Source: a virus
Direction: 5' to 3' (one strand)
IMG/VR virus record: IMGVR_UViG_2751185817_000001
DNA: 46,767 nt
Of this stretch, positions 7,772 through 17,004 are shown piece after piece. Below the pieces are notes generated by a model. That model had not been told where the DNA came from, made no database searches, and saw only the letters and a program-made list of their open reading frames with translations. The position numbers and the translations under genes were made by a program. Every line of letters starts with the position of its first letter. The stretch's first letter is position 1.

Positions 7772-9346
7772 ATGAACCAGGACTTGCTCAGGAACTTCTT
7801 CAATCGCCGGCATCCGGACTACGCCCGGTCGCTCGTGCATTGGCTTTTCCTGCAGAAGACCTACGAAGGCGGTCGCGCCTGGTTCGACGAGAACATCTTC
7901 CGCTACCACAAGGAAGGCAACAAGGAGTTCAAGGCGCGCGTGGGTCGCGCCTATCGCTTCAATCATACGCGCGAAGCCGTCGATCTCGTCCAGAAGTATC
8001 TGTTCAAGGGTCAGATCACCCGCGACACCGACAATGCCTCTGAAGCCATCAAGGAGTTCTGGAAGAACACCACGCTTCAGAACTTCCGCATCGACCAGTT
8101 GATGCGCTCGGCCGGCGCTTCCTCGTCGGTCAAGGGTCGCGTGGCGATCGTCGTTGATACCAATGCGCGCCAGGGCGCCATTTCGGTTGCCGAGGCCAAG
8201 AAGTCCAAGCGCAAGATCTACGCCTACCTGGTCGATGCGATCGACTTGCTCGACTACGCCTATGACGAAGAGGGCGACGGTGGTCTGCTCTGGGTCAAAG
8301 TGCGTGAGTATTTCCGCAACGACGCTGACCCGATCAATGGCACCGGCGAGGTTACGACCCGCGTTCGCCTGTGGACCCGCACCGACTGGACACTCTACGA
8401 GGAGCAGGAAGAGGCCAACGCCGATATCAGGAATCGCAAGGAGATTGCGACCAAGATCGTCGAGCTCGGCACTGGCACGCACGACCTCGGTCGCGTGCCG
8501 ATCGTCTTTCTCGACCACATCATCACCGACAATCCGTATCGCACGCCTGGTCTGATCGACGATATCGCCTATCTCGACCGCGCTGCTGCCAACTATCTGT
8601 CGAACCTGGATGCGATCATCCAGGATCAGACCTTCTCGCAGCTCACCATCCCGGCGCAGAACCTCATGCCGGGCGAGGACGGTTACGACAAGATCGTCGA
8701 GATGGGCACGAAGCGGATCTTCACCTATGACGCCGGGCTTGGCAGTGGCAAGCCGGAGTTCATTTCGCCCGATCCGAAGCAGGCGAACGTGATCCTGACG
8801 GTGATCAACAAGATCATCAACGAGATCTACCACACGATCGGTCTCGCTGGCGAACGCACGAAGGAAGACAATGCTGTTGGCATCGACAACTCCTCTGGCG
8901 TTGCGAAGGCCTACGACTTCGAGCGCGTCAACTCGCTGCTGACGTCAAAGGGGCAGTCCTGCGAGAAGGTTGAGAACGAGCTGGTCGAGCTGGTCTGCCT
9001 CTGGACTGGCGAAGACGCCCCCAAGGAGAAGCTCGTCAAGTATCCCGAAACCTATGACGTCATGCGTCTGATGGACGACCTTGCGGTCGCCGAGCAGCTC
9101 GCAACGATCCAGGCGCCTGCCGAGGTTCGTCGCGAACAGCTCCGCATTCTCGTCAACAAGCTCTTCCCGCGTCTGAAGGCCGACATCAAGGCCAAGATTG
9201 AGAAGGACATCAACAAATGGCTGGAAGGCGTGGATCTTCTGGCTGTTCCCGCAACCTTCGGCACCAAGTCGCCGGCTGCTCCCTCCAGACAGGGACAGGT
9301 GACCAAGGATTCCCCGAAGAAACAGGGCGCCACGGCTCAAAAGTAA
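7772..9346 (+). CDS. portal protein
   Basis: 524 aa after terL; RHPDY...YEGG...R..RAY..NHT and SSGVAKAYDF patterns typical of portals. Confidence 0.85.
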   Translation: MNQDLLRNFFNRRHPDYARSLVHWLFLQKTYEGGRAWFDENIFRYHKEGNKEFKARVGRAYRFNHTREAVDLVQKYLFKGQITRDTDNASEAIKEFWKNTTLQNFRIDQLMRSAGASSSVKGRVAIVVDTNARQGAISVAEAKKSKRKIYAYLVDAIDLLDYAYDEEGDGGLLWVKVREYFRNDADPINGTGEVTTRVRLWTRTDWTLYEEQEEANADIRNRKEIATKIVELGTGTHDLGRVPIVFLDHIITDNPYRTPGLIDDIAYLDRAAANYLSNLDAIIQDQTFSQLTIPAQNLMPGEDGYDKIVEMGTKRIFTYDAGLGSGKPEFISPDPKQANVILTVINKIINEIYHTIGLAGERTKEDNAVGIDNSSGVAKAYDFERVNSLLTSKGQSCEKVENELVELVCLWTGEDAPKEKLVKYPETYDVMRLMDDLAVAEQLATIQAPAEVRREQLRILVNKLFPRLKADIKAKIEKDINKWLEGVDLLAVPATFGTKSPAAPSRQGQVTKDSPKKQGATAQK

Positions 9347-9436
9347 CGGTCGAGATACTGACCAATCAGACTACCGATCGGCCAAGTGACCGGCCAATTC
9401 AACACCGAGAGCCCGAGAGAATGGGCAAGGATGGAA

Positions 9437-10351
9437 ATGATGACTAAGCTTCTGACCAAGTATTCCCGCGCTGCTTCGTTTGGCGCGTTCGCAGCACGCC
9501 CGATGTATCCGGGTGCACCGCGCATCGCATTCGCACCCGAGAATGAAGGTGGTAATGACGGTGGTGGATCCGACGATGGCGCCGGCACTGGCGACGACAA
9601 GTCGGGTGACGACAAGTCTGGCGATGACAAGACCGGCTCTGAAGACAAGGGCAAGTCTGGTGACGACAAGACCGGCGATGACAAAAACAAGACCGGCGAC
9701 GGTGACAAGACCCTGCTGCGCGAGGTCATGGAAAAGAAGAACCGGATCAAGGATCTCGAGTCCGATCTCAAGCGCTTCGAGGGTATCGACCCGGACGCCG
9801 TTCGCGCGCTGCTTGAGGAAAAGCGCGCCGCTGAGCTGAAAGCGGAGGAAGAGAAGGGCAACTTTGCCCGCGTCAAGGAAATGATGGTGATCGAACAGGA
9901 CAAGGCGCTCAAGAGCCTCAACGATCAGATCGCCGATCTCCAGGCGCAACTCGGCCAGAAGGACAGCACCATCAATGAGCTGACCGTCGGCCGTTCGTTC
10001 TCCGAGTCGAAGTTCATCGGCGAAGATCTGGTGCTGACCCGCGGCAAGGCTCGCGCGCTCTACTCCAGTCATTTCGAGGTCGTCGACGGCAGAATCGTCG
10101 GCTACGACAAGCCGGTTGGCGCGAAGGACCGCACGGAGATCGTCGGAGCAGACGGCAAGCCGGTCTCGTTCGAAGATGCCATCAAGCGCATCGTCGATGC
10201 TGATCCGGACAAGGAGTCGCTCTACCGCGACAAGTCCAAGCCGGGCGCCGGCTCCTCTTCGACCAAGGTTGATCTGCCGAAGACCAAGGAACAGGACAAG
10301 GGTCTTTACGGTGCTGGACGTATTCTTGCAGGTCTGAATGCAGGCAAATAG
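9437..10351 (+). CDS. capsid scaffolding protein
   Basis: Between portal and capsid; low-complexity GDDK repeats, coiled coil (EEEKGNF) and GAGS tail. Confidence 0.75.
   Translation: MMTKLLTKYSRAASFGAFAARPMYPGAPRIAFAPENEGGNDGGGSDDGAGTGDDKSGDDKSGDDKTGSEDKGKSGDDKTGDDKNKTGDGDKTLLREVMEKKNRIKDLESDLKRFEGIDPDAVRALLEEKRAAELKAEEEKGNFARVKEMMVIEQDKALKSLNDQIADLQAQLGQKDSTINELTVGRSFSESKFIGEDLVLTRGKARALYSSHFEVVDGRIVGYDKPVGAKDRTEIVGADGKPVSFEDAIKRIVDADPDKESLYRDKSKPGAGSSSTKVDLPKTKEQDKGLYGAGRILAGLNAGK
9590..9710 (+). repeat. in-frame degenerate 15-bp repeats encoding [ST]GDDK
   Basis: GGCGACGACAAGTCG / GGTGACGACAAGTCT / GGCGATGACAAGACC and similar units. Confidence 0.8.
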
Positions 10352-10374
10352 TCCTTTATAGGACGAGTTGCGGC

Positions 10375-10455
10375 AGTAAATCAATATTGATTTACTTTTT
10401 TCCTTGAACAAAGCGTTGCCGTCGGGTTAGACTATGGTCAATCAATTTTGACTTA
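10375..10455 (+). promoter_or_regulatory. capsid promoter flanked by two operators
   Basis: Perfect 22-bp palindrome AGTAAATCAATATTGATTTACT at 10375-10396; TTGAAC(10404)-18bp-TAGACT(10428); TCAATCAATTTTGACTTA at 10438-10455. Confidence 0.75.
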
Positions 10456-10487
10456 GTTTCCGACGGCCACGTAGAGGAGAAATTACA

Positions 10488-11390
10488 ATGCCGCTGCTGA
10501 TTACCGAAGCCGAGAAGCTGTCCCAGGAGGACAAGGCTCGCGGTGTTATCGAAGAGATCATCGATACCGAATCTCTCTTTGCGCTGATGCCGTTCCAGCA
10601 CGTGAACGACAAGACCTTCACGTATGTCCGCGAGGGCACGCTGTCTGAAGGCGAGTTCCTGGACGCCTACGAGGCCGTCCCGGAAGGCGCAGCCACGTTC
10701 GATGAAGTTACCGCCAAGCTCAAAGTGCTTGCTGGTGACGTCGACATCGACAAGTTCACGGCTGCCGTCCAGTCGCACCTCAACCCGCAGATCGCAATTC
10801 AGCTCGCTGCCAAGGCCAAGGGTCTCGGTCGCAAGTTCAAGCGCACGATCGTCAACGGTGACAGCGCGGTCAATCCGAAGTCCTTCGACGGCATCAAGAA
10901 GCTTACTCCCGCCGCTCAGACCCTCGTTGCCGGCACCAACGGCGCTGCCGTTTCGGCCGAAATGCTCGACGAGCTGCTCGATGCCGTCAAGCTCGGCGCT
11001 GACGTGCTGATGATGCGCCGTGGCACCTGGCGCGCAATCCGCGCAATCATGCGCTCGTTCGGTGGTAACACCGGCGACATGATCCAGATCGCCAACTTCG
11101 GCAAGCCGGTCCCGGCCTACGATGGCATCCCGGTCATCATCAACGACTTCATCACCGCTGATGAAGTGCAGGGTTCGGCCAACGAGACCACCTCTATCTA
11201 CGCTCTGCGTCTGAACGAGGCTGATGGTTTCCACGGCATCTTCGGTGGTCCTTCGGCTGGCATCCAGTTCGAAGACATCGGCACCATCCAGAACAAGGAT
11301 GCGAGCCGCTACCGTGTGAAGTGGTATGCAGCCACCGCGCTGAAGGCCACCCACTCGGTTGCTCGCCTCAAGGGCATCCTCAACATTTAA
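10488..11390 (+). CDS. major capsid protein (HK97 fold)
   Basis: 300 aa after the scaffold; YVRE, GDVDIDKF, NGD...FDGI and RVKWY...ARLKGI patterns; strong RBS GAGGAG. Confidence 0.9.
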   Translation: MPLLITEAEKLSQEDKARGVIEEIIDTESLFALMPFQHVNDKTFTYVREGTLSEGEFLDAYEAVPEGAATFDEVTAKLKVLAGDVDIDKFTAAVQSHLNPQIAIQLAAKAKGLGRKFKRTIVNGDSAVNPKSFDGIKKLTPAAQTLVAGTNGAAVSAEMLDELLDAVKLGADVLMMRRGTWRAIRAIMRSFGGNTGDMIQIANFGKPVPAYDGIPVIINDFITADEVQGSANETTSIYALRLNEADGFHGIFGGPSAGIQFEDIGTIQNKDASRYRVKWYAATALKATHSVARLKGILNI

Positions 11391-11392
11391 TC

Positions 11393-11421
11393 TGGTCAGT
11401 AAATCAATATTGACTTACAAT
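11393..11421 (+). promoter_or_regulatory. promoter with operator in spacer
   Basis: TGGTCA-17bp-TACAAT; TAAATCAATATTGACTTA at 11400-11417. Confidence 0.65.
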
Positions 11422-11446
11422 AGGGGCAGGATTTTCCTGCCCCTTT
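11422..11446 (+). terminator. intrinsic terminator after capsid gene
   Basis: AGGGGCAGGA-TTT-TCCTGCCCCT followed by a short T run. Confidence 0.75.
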
Positions 11447-11465
11447 CGCATTCATGGAGATAGTT

Positions 11466-11923
11466 ATGGCTCGTGTAAGACTGACCGCTCCCGGTTACTC
11501 AAGCTATACCGGCACGATCGGCAAAGTTTCTTTTGCCGCTGGCGTTTCGGCCGAAATCACCGAGGCCCAGGCTGACGTGGTTGGCGCGGCAATCGATTCC
11601 AACATTGTCGGTTCGAACGGCACGACCGTGATCCGCAAGGCTGGTCCGACCGTTCGCATGCACCTCAATCCGATTGTCGCGGTCGCCGAACCACCTGTTC
11701 GCCAAGCGTCGGCGCCGAGATTACCGTTCCGGCCGACCTCGGTGACGGCTTCTATTGCGCTCTGCGCCAGGGCGGGGAGGCGCAGATCGTAGTCAGCCCA
11801 GCCCCTGACGTAGTCGTCGAGGAGATCGATGATCGCCTGAGCTCCGCGAAACGTCTCGCCATACTTCATCTCGCCCGCTTTCCGAATGGCGATTTTCAGC
11901 TCACCGGAAGGACATCGGCCTGA
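11466..11923 (+). pseudogene. frameshifted or internally deleted head-associated gene
   Basis: Frame 0 (ATG 11466, GGAGA RBS) stops at 11792. The -1 frame from about 11711 reads GAEITVPADLGDGFYCALRQGGEAQIVV...FQLTGRTSA* and ends in a TGATG overlap with the next gene. Confidence 0.6.
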
Positions 11924-13239
11924 TGCGTCATTCCCTTCTTGCGCGCTTTGCTGGTTGCGACTTCGCGCGTCCGGGCGGTTCGCTCCCCATGCAGGTGGTT
12001 GGTTTTCGTGGCGAGTTGAATACGGTCGAAGGCGCCGCCGTCACCACGGCCAATCTGCGTCAGGTCGGTCGCTCGTATCAAATGATCGGCACGCAGGACG
12101 TGACCGAGCTTCGTGTGGCGTTTAACGGCTTCTTTGTGGAGGATGCGACCGTCGGCAATGGCCACACATGCGCCGAAGTTGATGCGTCGAACAGCTACTA
12201 CATTCAGGCCGCGGTCGAATACAACGATGTCACCAAGCGCGTCACGTTCGAGGGTCAGAATGAAGGTCTCGTATTGGCCGGCGCGGAACTTTATGTTTCG
12301 GACCCACTTCTGCCGTCCGAGTTCGGTCTCGAAGTCTTCCCGGCTAATGCTAAGTTCTGGATTCGCACCGAGCGCCGTCTCGAGGTTGGTCAGAAGGGCT
12401 TGTTTCATCAGAACGCATTGAACAGTCCGGTGATCGCCGGCGAAGCTCACTATGTCGGTTCGGCTGGGTCGACCAGTCGCCTACTCGACACTGGCGGTCT
12501 TTCGACCGAGGGTGGCTGGTCGCAACAGTCTCACGTCTGGCTGCCTTATGCGGTGCTCGGGGTTCCTGCGGCTAAGATGTTCGCGGCTGCCGTGTTCGGC
12601 GGCTCGATTGAAAGCGGCGTGAATGACGGACGAGGCAATGGCCGTAACAATTCAGGCGGCTATATGCGCCGCGCGCTTGCGAATGTCGACGGTAACAAGG
12701 TCGCCGCGCGCATGCTCCTGGCAAGGTCAGGTGAGACGGCGAAGTCTTTCGTTAACAACTCGGCCAAACGCCGGCAGATGCTCGCTTATGTCAATCACGT
12801 TCTGTCCGGTCACGGTGGCGAAGACTACTCCGTCGGCGAGACTCTGGCGAATACCAAGGATCGATGGGCGCAGATCTGGCAGATGTGCAAGGCTGGCGCC
12901 GTGGTTCACCTCGAGCACTATGCACTGTCGCCCAAGACGGACTCGACCGACTGGCTGACGCTCGAAGGACAGACGCCGCGCGCGGGCTTTGAGGTTGGCG
13001 GTGCCTGGCGTGACGCGGGTAACGCCTGGTGCGCCGCCCAGGTTGGCGCTGACCTCAATCTCGACGGGTTTGTCGATTTGGGTTCCGACCAGACCGATCC
13101 GACCGCTCGCGATAAGTGGCGCGTGGATCTCGGCAAGCCGACCACCGACGGGACACACCCGGCAGCCGTGATGGCTGAGACGATGGCAGAGGTCAATTCG
13201 GTTCATATGGAATTGCTGCGAGCAGCCTACGAGGATTGA
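11923..13239 (+). CDS. SGNH/GDSL-like hydrolase domain protein
   Basis: Block I VFGGSI, block II ARSGET, block V DGTHP; beta-rich N-terminal region. Confidence 0.75.
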   Translation: MRHSLLARFAGCDFARPGGSLPMQVVGFRGELNTVEGAAVTTANLRQVGRSYQMIGTQDVTELRVAFNGFFVEDATVGNGHTCAEVDASNSYYIQAAVEYNDVTKRVTFEGQNEGLVLAGAELYVSDPLLPSEFGLEVFPANAKFWIRTERRLEVGQKGLFHQNALNSPVIAGEAHYVGSAGSTSRLLDTGGLSTEGGWSQQSHVWLPYAVLGVPAAKMFAAAVFGGSIESGVNDGRGNGRNNSGGYMRRALANVDGNKVAARMLLARSGETAKSFVNNSAKRRQMLAYVNHVLSGHGGEDYSVGETLANTKDRWAQIWQMCKAGAVVHLEHYALSPKTDSTDWLTLEGQTPRAGFEVGGAWRDAGNAWCAAQVGADLNLDGFVDLGSDQTDPTARDKWRVDLGKPTTDGTHPAAVMAETMAEVNSVHMELLRAAYED

Positions 13240-13264
13240 TAATAAATCAATCTTGACTTACCAT
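13236..13264 (+). promoter_or_regulatory. promoter with operator in spacer
   Basis: TTGATA-17bp-TACCAT; TAAATCAATCTTGACTTA at 13243-13260. Confidence 0.7.
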
Positions 13265-13289
13265 AAGGGCGGGCATTCCCGCCCTTTTT
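13265..13289 (+). terminator. intrinsic terminator
   Basis: AAGGGCGGG-CATT-CCCGCCCTT followed by TTT. Confidence 0.8.
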
Positions 13290-13316
13290 CTATTCAAGCA
13301 CAAAGATTGGTGGTCG

Positions 13317-14294
13317 ATGCACTATCTCAAAATCGTCTCGCGTGGCTGGCACGGCTATACAGGCCAGCTCAACATCATCTCCTTCAAGAATGGTGTCTCG
13401 ACTGAGCCCGTTCCTCCGCGCATTGCCGATCGCATTGCAGCCTCCGTCCAGGTCGTCCAGTGCGACGCCGAGGGCAGGGAGGGCACCGATGCGATCAATG
13501 TTGGTCCGCAGCACCGCCTGCTTACCGAAGGCACCGTTCGCGCGGAGATCGCCGGCCCGCTCGCCGTTCAATCCGAAGCCGACAAGGTGATGGAAGCAAA
13601 GCTCGACGCCGCCCGCTCGCTGACTGCGCCGATTGAAAGCCTCTACACTCGCGACGATCTCGAGCGTGTGGCTGACGAGAGCGGCATCAAGGGTCTGCGC
13701 GACATCGCCGACAAGTGGACCGTCAAGGGCCGCGGCATTCCGGAGATCATCGAGAAGATCCTGACGGCCCAGGCAGCGTTCCTCCAGCTCCGCAACCAGA
13801 AGATCGAAAATGCTGGTGGTTCGGTTCTGAAGGCAACCACGCTCGCAACTGAGGCTGACCTCGAGGCCACCGCAGCCGCGGTTGTCGAAGAAGAGCTCGT
13901 TGCTCTCGGCTACGAGGGTTTGGTTCCCGAATACGCGATCGACGGCGTCATTGTTCCTTGCACCTCGCTCGTCGAGCAGGCGCTCAAGAACTCCGGCAAG
14001 TCGCTGACCGGCTGGAATGCGCTCAACGATCCCGAGCGAAAGCGGGCTATCGACGCCGAGGTTGAGGCTCTCGAGAAGCATTACGGCGCCAAGCTTGAGC
14101 CTGTTCTCGCTGAAGAGGCGCCAGCCTCCGAAGAGCAGGAAGCGCCGGTTGATCCGGTCGAAGACACGCCGGAATACGAAAAATGGTTCGCCGCGAAGGT
14201 CATGGAAGCCATTGAGGAATTTGACGGCGTTCTCCCGCACGAGGACGCAGTTGCCCTCATTCGTGCCCAGCTCGCCGCGGCAAAGGAAGCCTAA
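13317..14294 (+). CDS. head-module protein with C-terminal PaaA2-like antitoxin motif
   Basis: N-terminus YTG....ISF.NGVS is shared with the 11466 gene; C-terminus YEKWFAAKVMEAIEE...LPHEDAV. Confidence 0.75.
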   Translation: MHYLKIVSRGWHGYTGQLNIISFKNGVSTEPVPPRIADRIAASVQVVQCDAEGREGTDAINVGPQHRLLTEGTVRAEIAGPLAVQSEADKVMEAKLDAARSLTAPIESLYTRDDLERVADESGIKGLRDIADKWTVKGRGIPEIIEKILTAQAAFLQLRNQKIENAGGSVLKATTLATEADLEATAAAVVEEELVALGYEGLVPEYAIDGVIVPCTSLVEQALKNSGKSLTGWNALNDPERKRAIDAEVEALEKHYGAKLEPVLAEEAPASEEQEAPVDPVEDTPEYEKWFAAKVMEAIEEFDGVLPHEDAVALIRAQLAAAKEA

Positions 14295-14297
14295 GCC

Positions 14298-15089
14298 ATG
14301 ATCAAGCTCTACCCTGAGAACTTCGACGTTGCGATCGATATCCTCTTCACCGACTCCGACGGAGCGGCGCTGACGGTCGGTCAGGTGAATGCGGTTATCT
14401 ACGACGACGAGGACGAGAAGGTGATGGACTTCGGGTCAATCACCTTTGATCCCGCCGACGGGAAGGCCACGATCACGATTCCGGCGATGCTGAACGTTCT
14501 CAGGGCTGATGAGCAGTCGGCTGCGCGCACACTTCGCGTGGTTCTTTCGACAACGAATGGTCCGGTTCGCCGGACCATTACCTACATCATCGAGCGCGAG
14601 GTTCGTCTCGAGGTGATGAACAATACCTTCATGACGCTTGGGGCGGCTGAAGTGCTGGCGCGCGACAATCCGCGACTAACGGCCTGGGCCGCTGCAAGCG
14701 CCGACACAAAGACGGCCGCGCTCATCAACGCCTATAGCCACCTTGGCCGCGTCCAGCTTCGCTACACCAAGGAGCTTGCGCCTGACGCGACAATCGCCGA
14801 GGAGGTGATCATCCGACCTGGCGCCTGGCTCGAATATACCAAGGATGATTTCCTGGCGCTGCCGGCCGAGTTCCGCAAGGCAATTCGCACGGCCCAGCTC
14901 ATCGAGGCGAACGAGATCCTGGCCGACAATCCGTATGAGAGTCGCCACCGCGCCGGCGTCATCTCCGAGACCGTCGGTGAAAGCTCTGTCATGCTTCGTG
15001 GTGGTCGCCTGGAGCTGGGCATCTGCCACGAAGCTCTGCGAGCGCTCACCGGCTATGTCTACTACCGGGTGGAGATCGGCCGCGCATGA
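14298..15089 (+). CDS. head-tail adaptor-like protein
   Basis: Position; W...S...K..ALI.A...L and GVISETVGESS patterns typical of adaptors. Confidence 0.65.
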   Translation: MIKLYPENFDVAIDILFTDSDGAALTVGQVNAVIYDDEDEKVMDFGSITFDPADGKATITIPAMLNVLRADEQSAARTLRVVLSTTNGPVRRTITYIIEREVRLEVMNNTFMTLGAAEVLARDNPRLTAWAAASADTKTAALINAYSHLGRVQLRYTKELAPDATIAEEVIIRPGAWLEYTKDDFLALPAEFRKAIRTAQLIEANEILADNPYESRHRAGVISETVGESSVMLRGGRLELGICHEALRALTGYVYYRVEIGRA

Positions 15090-15847
15090 TCTGTAATCAT
15101 CTGTCGGATCTCGCCGACCAGGCTGCCGCTCGCTACGCAATGTTCACAGATGGCCTTCGGGCCATCTATCGCAATGCGCTCAACAGCCAGGCGCTCGACG
15201 ATACCGCGTCGGCTCAAGAAGCAGCCCAGCTCGCTCTGGCGTTCCTTCGAACCGAGAATGGCCTCATCAGCACCGCTGTTGAGGAAATCGCTGAGATTGC
15301 GCGCACAGCGACGCTTGAAGAAATTGCGAGCATCGATGCAGATAATCTGTCGGACGAAGCTCTCGAGCATCTGAGCGTATCGGGCAGCTATCTTTCAGAC
15401 GAACTTCTCGCGCAAGCGTCACGCGACATTGCGACGATGCGAAAATCTATTCAGCGGGTGAAGCTCGAGGTCTCCCTGGCCGCGAACTCGTCCGGTCGAT
15501 CCCGCAGAGCGGCCATGATCGAATATATGGTCGGCAACAAGGCTGATCTATCGTTCTTCTTCCACGACAAGGCGTCGCGCAAGTGGGAGTCGAAGCTCTT
15601 CGTGCGCTCGGTCTGGCGGCAGACGGTTCTATCGGTCTACAACGAGATCGTTCTCTTCACGCTGGCTGACCATGGCCTCGAGCGCGCAGTCGTCGCGCAT
15701 CACTCGCCAGACGCGCAGCATGATGGTTTGGTCATCGCGCTCTCCTCGAGCACGGAGCTTCCGACCTATTCGGAGATCCGCGAAACGGTCTTTCACCCCA
15801 ACGCAAACGCCTGGCTCAAGATGGAGGTTTCGCATGTTCGCGCCTAA
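15086..15847 (+). CDS. hypothetical head-morphogenesis protein (degenerate minor-capsid/MuF-like C-terminus)
   Basis: ATGA overlap; terminal FHPNAN resembles the HPNC motif. Confidence 0.55.
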   Translation: MICNHLSDLADQAAARYAMFTDGLRAIYRNALNSQALDDTASAQEAAQLALAFLRTENGLISTAVEEIAEIARTATLEEIASIDADNLSDEALEHLSVSGSYLSDELLAQASRDIATMRKSIQRVKLEVSLAANSSGRSRRAAMIEYMVGNKADLSFFFHDKASRKWESKLFVRSVWRQTVLSVYNEIVLFTLADHGLERAVVAHHSPDAQHDGLVIALSSSTELPTYSEIRETVFHPNANAWLKMEVSHVRA

Positions 15848-16172
15848 TCGAATGGGTGTCTACAAGCAGAAGACGGGGCGCAACCTCGATGGCGAAGAGA
15901 CCTACGGCCCGGTGCTGCCTTTGCCGCTATCCGTTGTGCGCCTGGCTGCCAGCTCGGAGAAGACTTCCGTTCGTTCTGACAGCTCGGCCTCGCGCGGCCA
16001 GGCGGATCAGATGGTCGCCGAATCGAAGATCCTGACCGGGCAATTGCTTGGGGTGGATGACCTGATCGAGCTCGTCGGTATGACGTTGCGCGTCGTCGGT
16101 ATTCACCCGCGCTTCACTGTCTCCGGTGCACTCGATCACTACGAGGTATCTCTGGAGCACGTCGCGGAATGA
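15834..16172 (+). CDS. head closure protein (putative)
   Basis: ATG 15834 after GGAGG; small beta-rich protein in the neck position ending DHYEV. Confidence 0.6.
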   Translation: MFAPNRMGVYKQKTGRNLDGEETYGPVLPLPLSVVRLAASSEKTSVRSDSSASRGQADQMVAESKILTGQLLGVDDLIELVGMTLRVVGIHPRFTVSGALDHYEVSLEHVAE

Positions 16173-16600
16173 TCAAGATGAAGGTCACAGGCATCACCGA
16201 GAACGCGCTGCGCCTGCGTAATATCGGAGCGCGCGTCCACGAGAACGCCCGTAAGACAATGCACGCGGCTGCAGATCGCATCGTTGATACCGCGAAGAAG
16301 ATGGCGCCGGTCGAGAAGCACAATCTCGAGGAGGCGATCGTCAAGCAGGTTGGTTACGAAGGTTCACGCCGGCGCCTGGCGATCGACGTCGTGATTTTGC
16401 CCGAAATCAACGGCGTGCGGGTCGAGGACTACGCCGCCTACATGCATGAGGGTGACTACAATTTGGGTGAGGCATCCCAGGCGAAGAACGATAGTCAGGA
16501 AGAGCAGGTTGGCCCTGGCTTCCTGACGCGTGCAGCCGCGCAGGAAGAAGACAAGCTCAACGCCCGTATGATCGGGGTCATCACGGAGACAATCAAGTGA
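16169..16600 (+). CDS. HK97 gp10-like tail completion protein
   Basis: AKKMAPVEKHNL, YAAYMHEG and GPGFLTRA motifs. Confidence 0.75.
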   Translation: MIKMKVTGITENALRLRNIGARVHENARKTMHAAADRIVDTAKKMAPVEKHNLEEAIVKQVGYEGSRRRLAIDVVILPEINGVRVEDYAAYMHEGDYNLGEASQAKNDSQEEQVGPGFLTRAAAQEEDKLNARMIGVITETIK

Positions 16601-17004
16601 TCTGGGATATCATCGTCAAGAAGATCGTGGACGCAGGCCTCGGCGTCTCCGGCGAAACTATCTATCGCTCGACCATACCGGCTGACGCCAAGGTCGCGAT
16701 CGGCCTCTTTGAACCGCTCGACGGCATTCATGTAAACCCGAGCCTGCCGGATTTCTACAAGCCTGGCCTGAAGGTCATTGTTCGTCACAACAAGATTTCC
16801 GAGGGGCGCAAGCTCGCCAATGACCTGATGAAGCTGCTGACGGTGACAGCCGAGGAGATCTACGAGGCCAATGCTGAGCGGGGCAGGGTGCACCTGAAGG
16901 TCTTCTATCCGAAAGCTCTGCCGATTCAGTTTCCGTCTGCTGTTGGCAACCTTACGGAGTGGTCGATCAACTTTCAGACCGCTTTCACAATGAAGTCGAT
17001 CTGA
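16597..17004 (+). CDS. tail terminator-like protein
   Basis: GTGA overlap; directly before the tail tube; ends WSINFQ. Confidence 0.65.
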   Translation: MIWDIIVKKIVDAGLGVSGETIYRSTIPADAKVAIGLFEPLDGIHVNPSLPDFYKPGLKVIVRHNKISEGRKLANDLMKLLTVTAEEIYEANAERGRVHLKVFYPKALPIQFPSAVGNLTEWSINFQTAFTMKSI

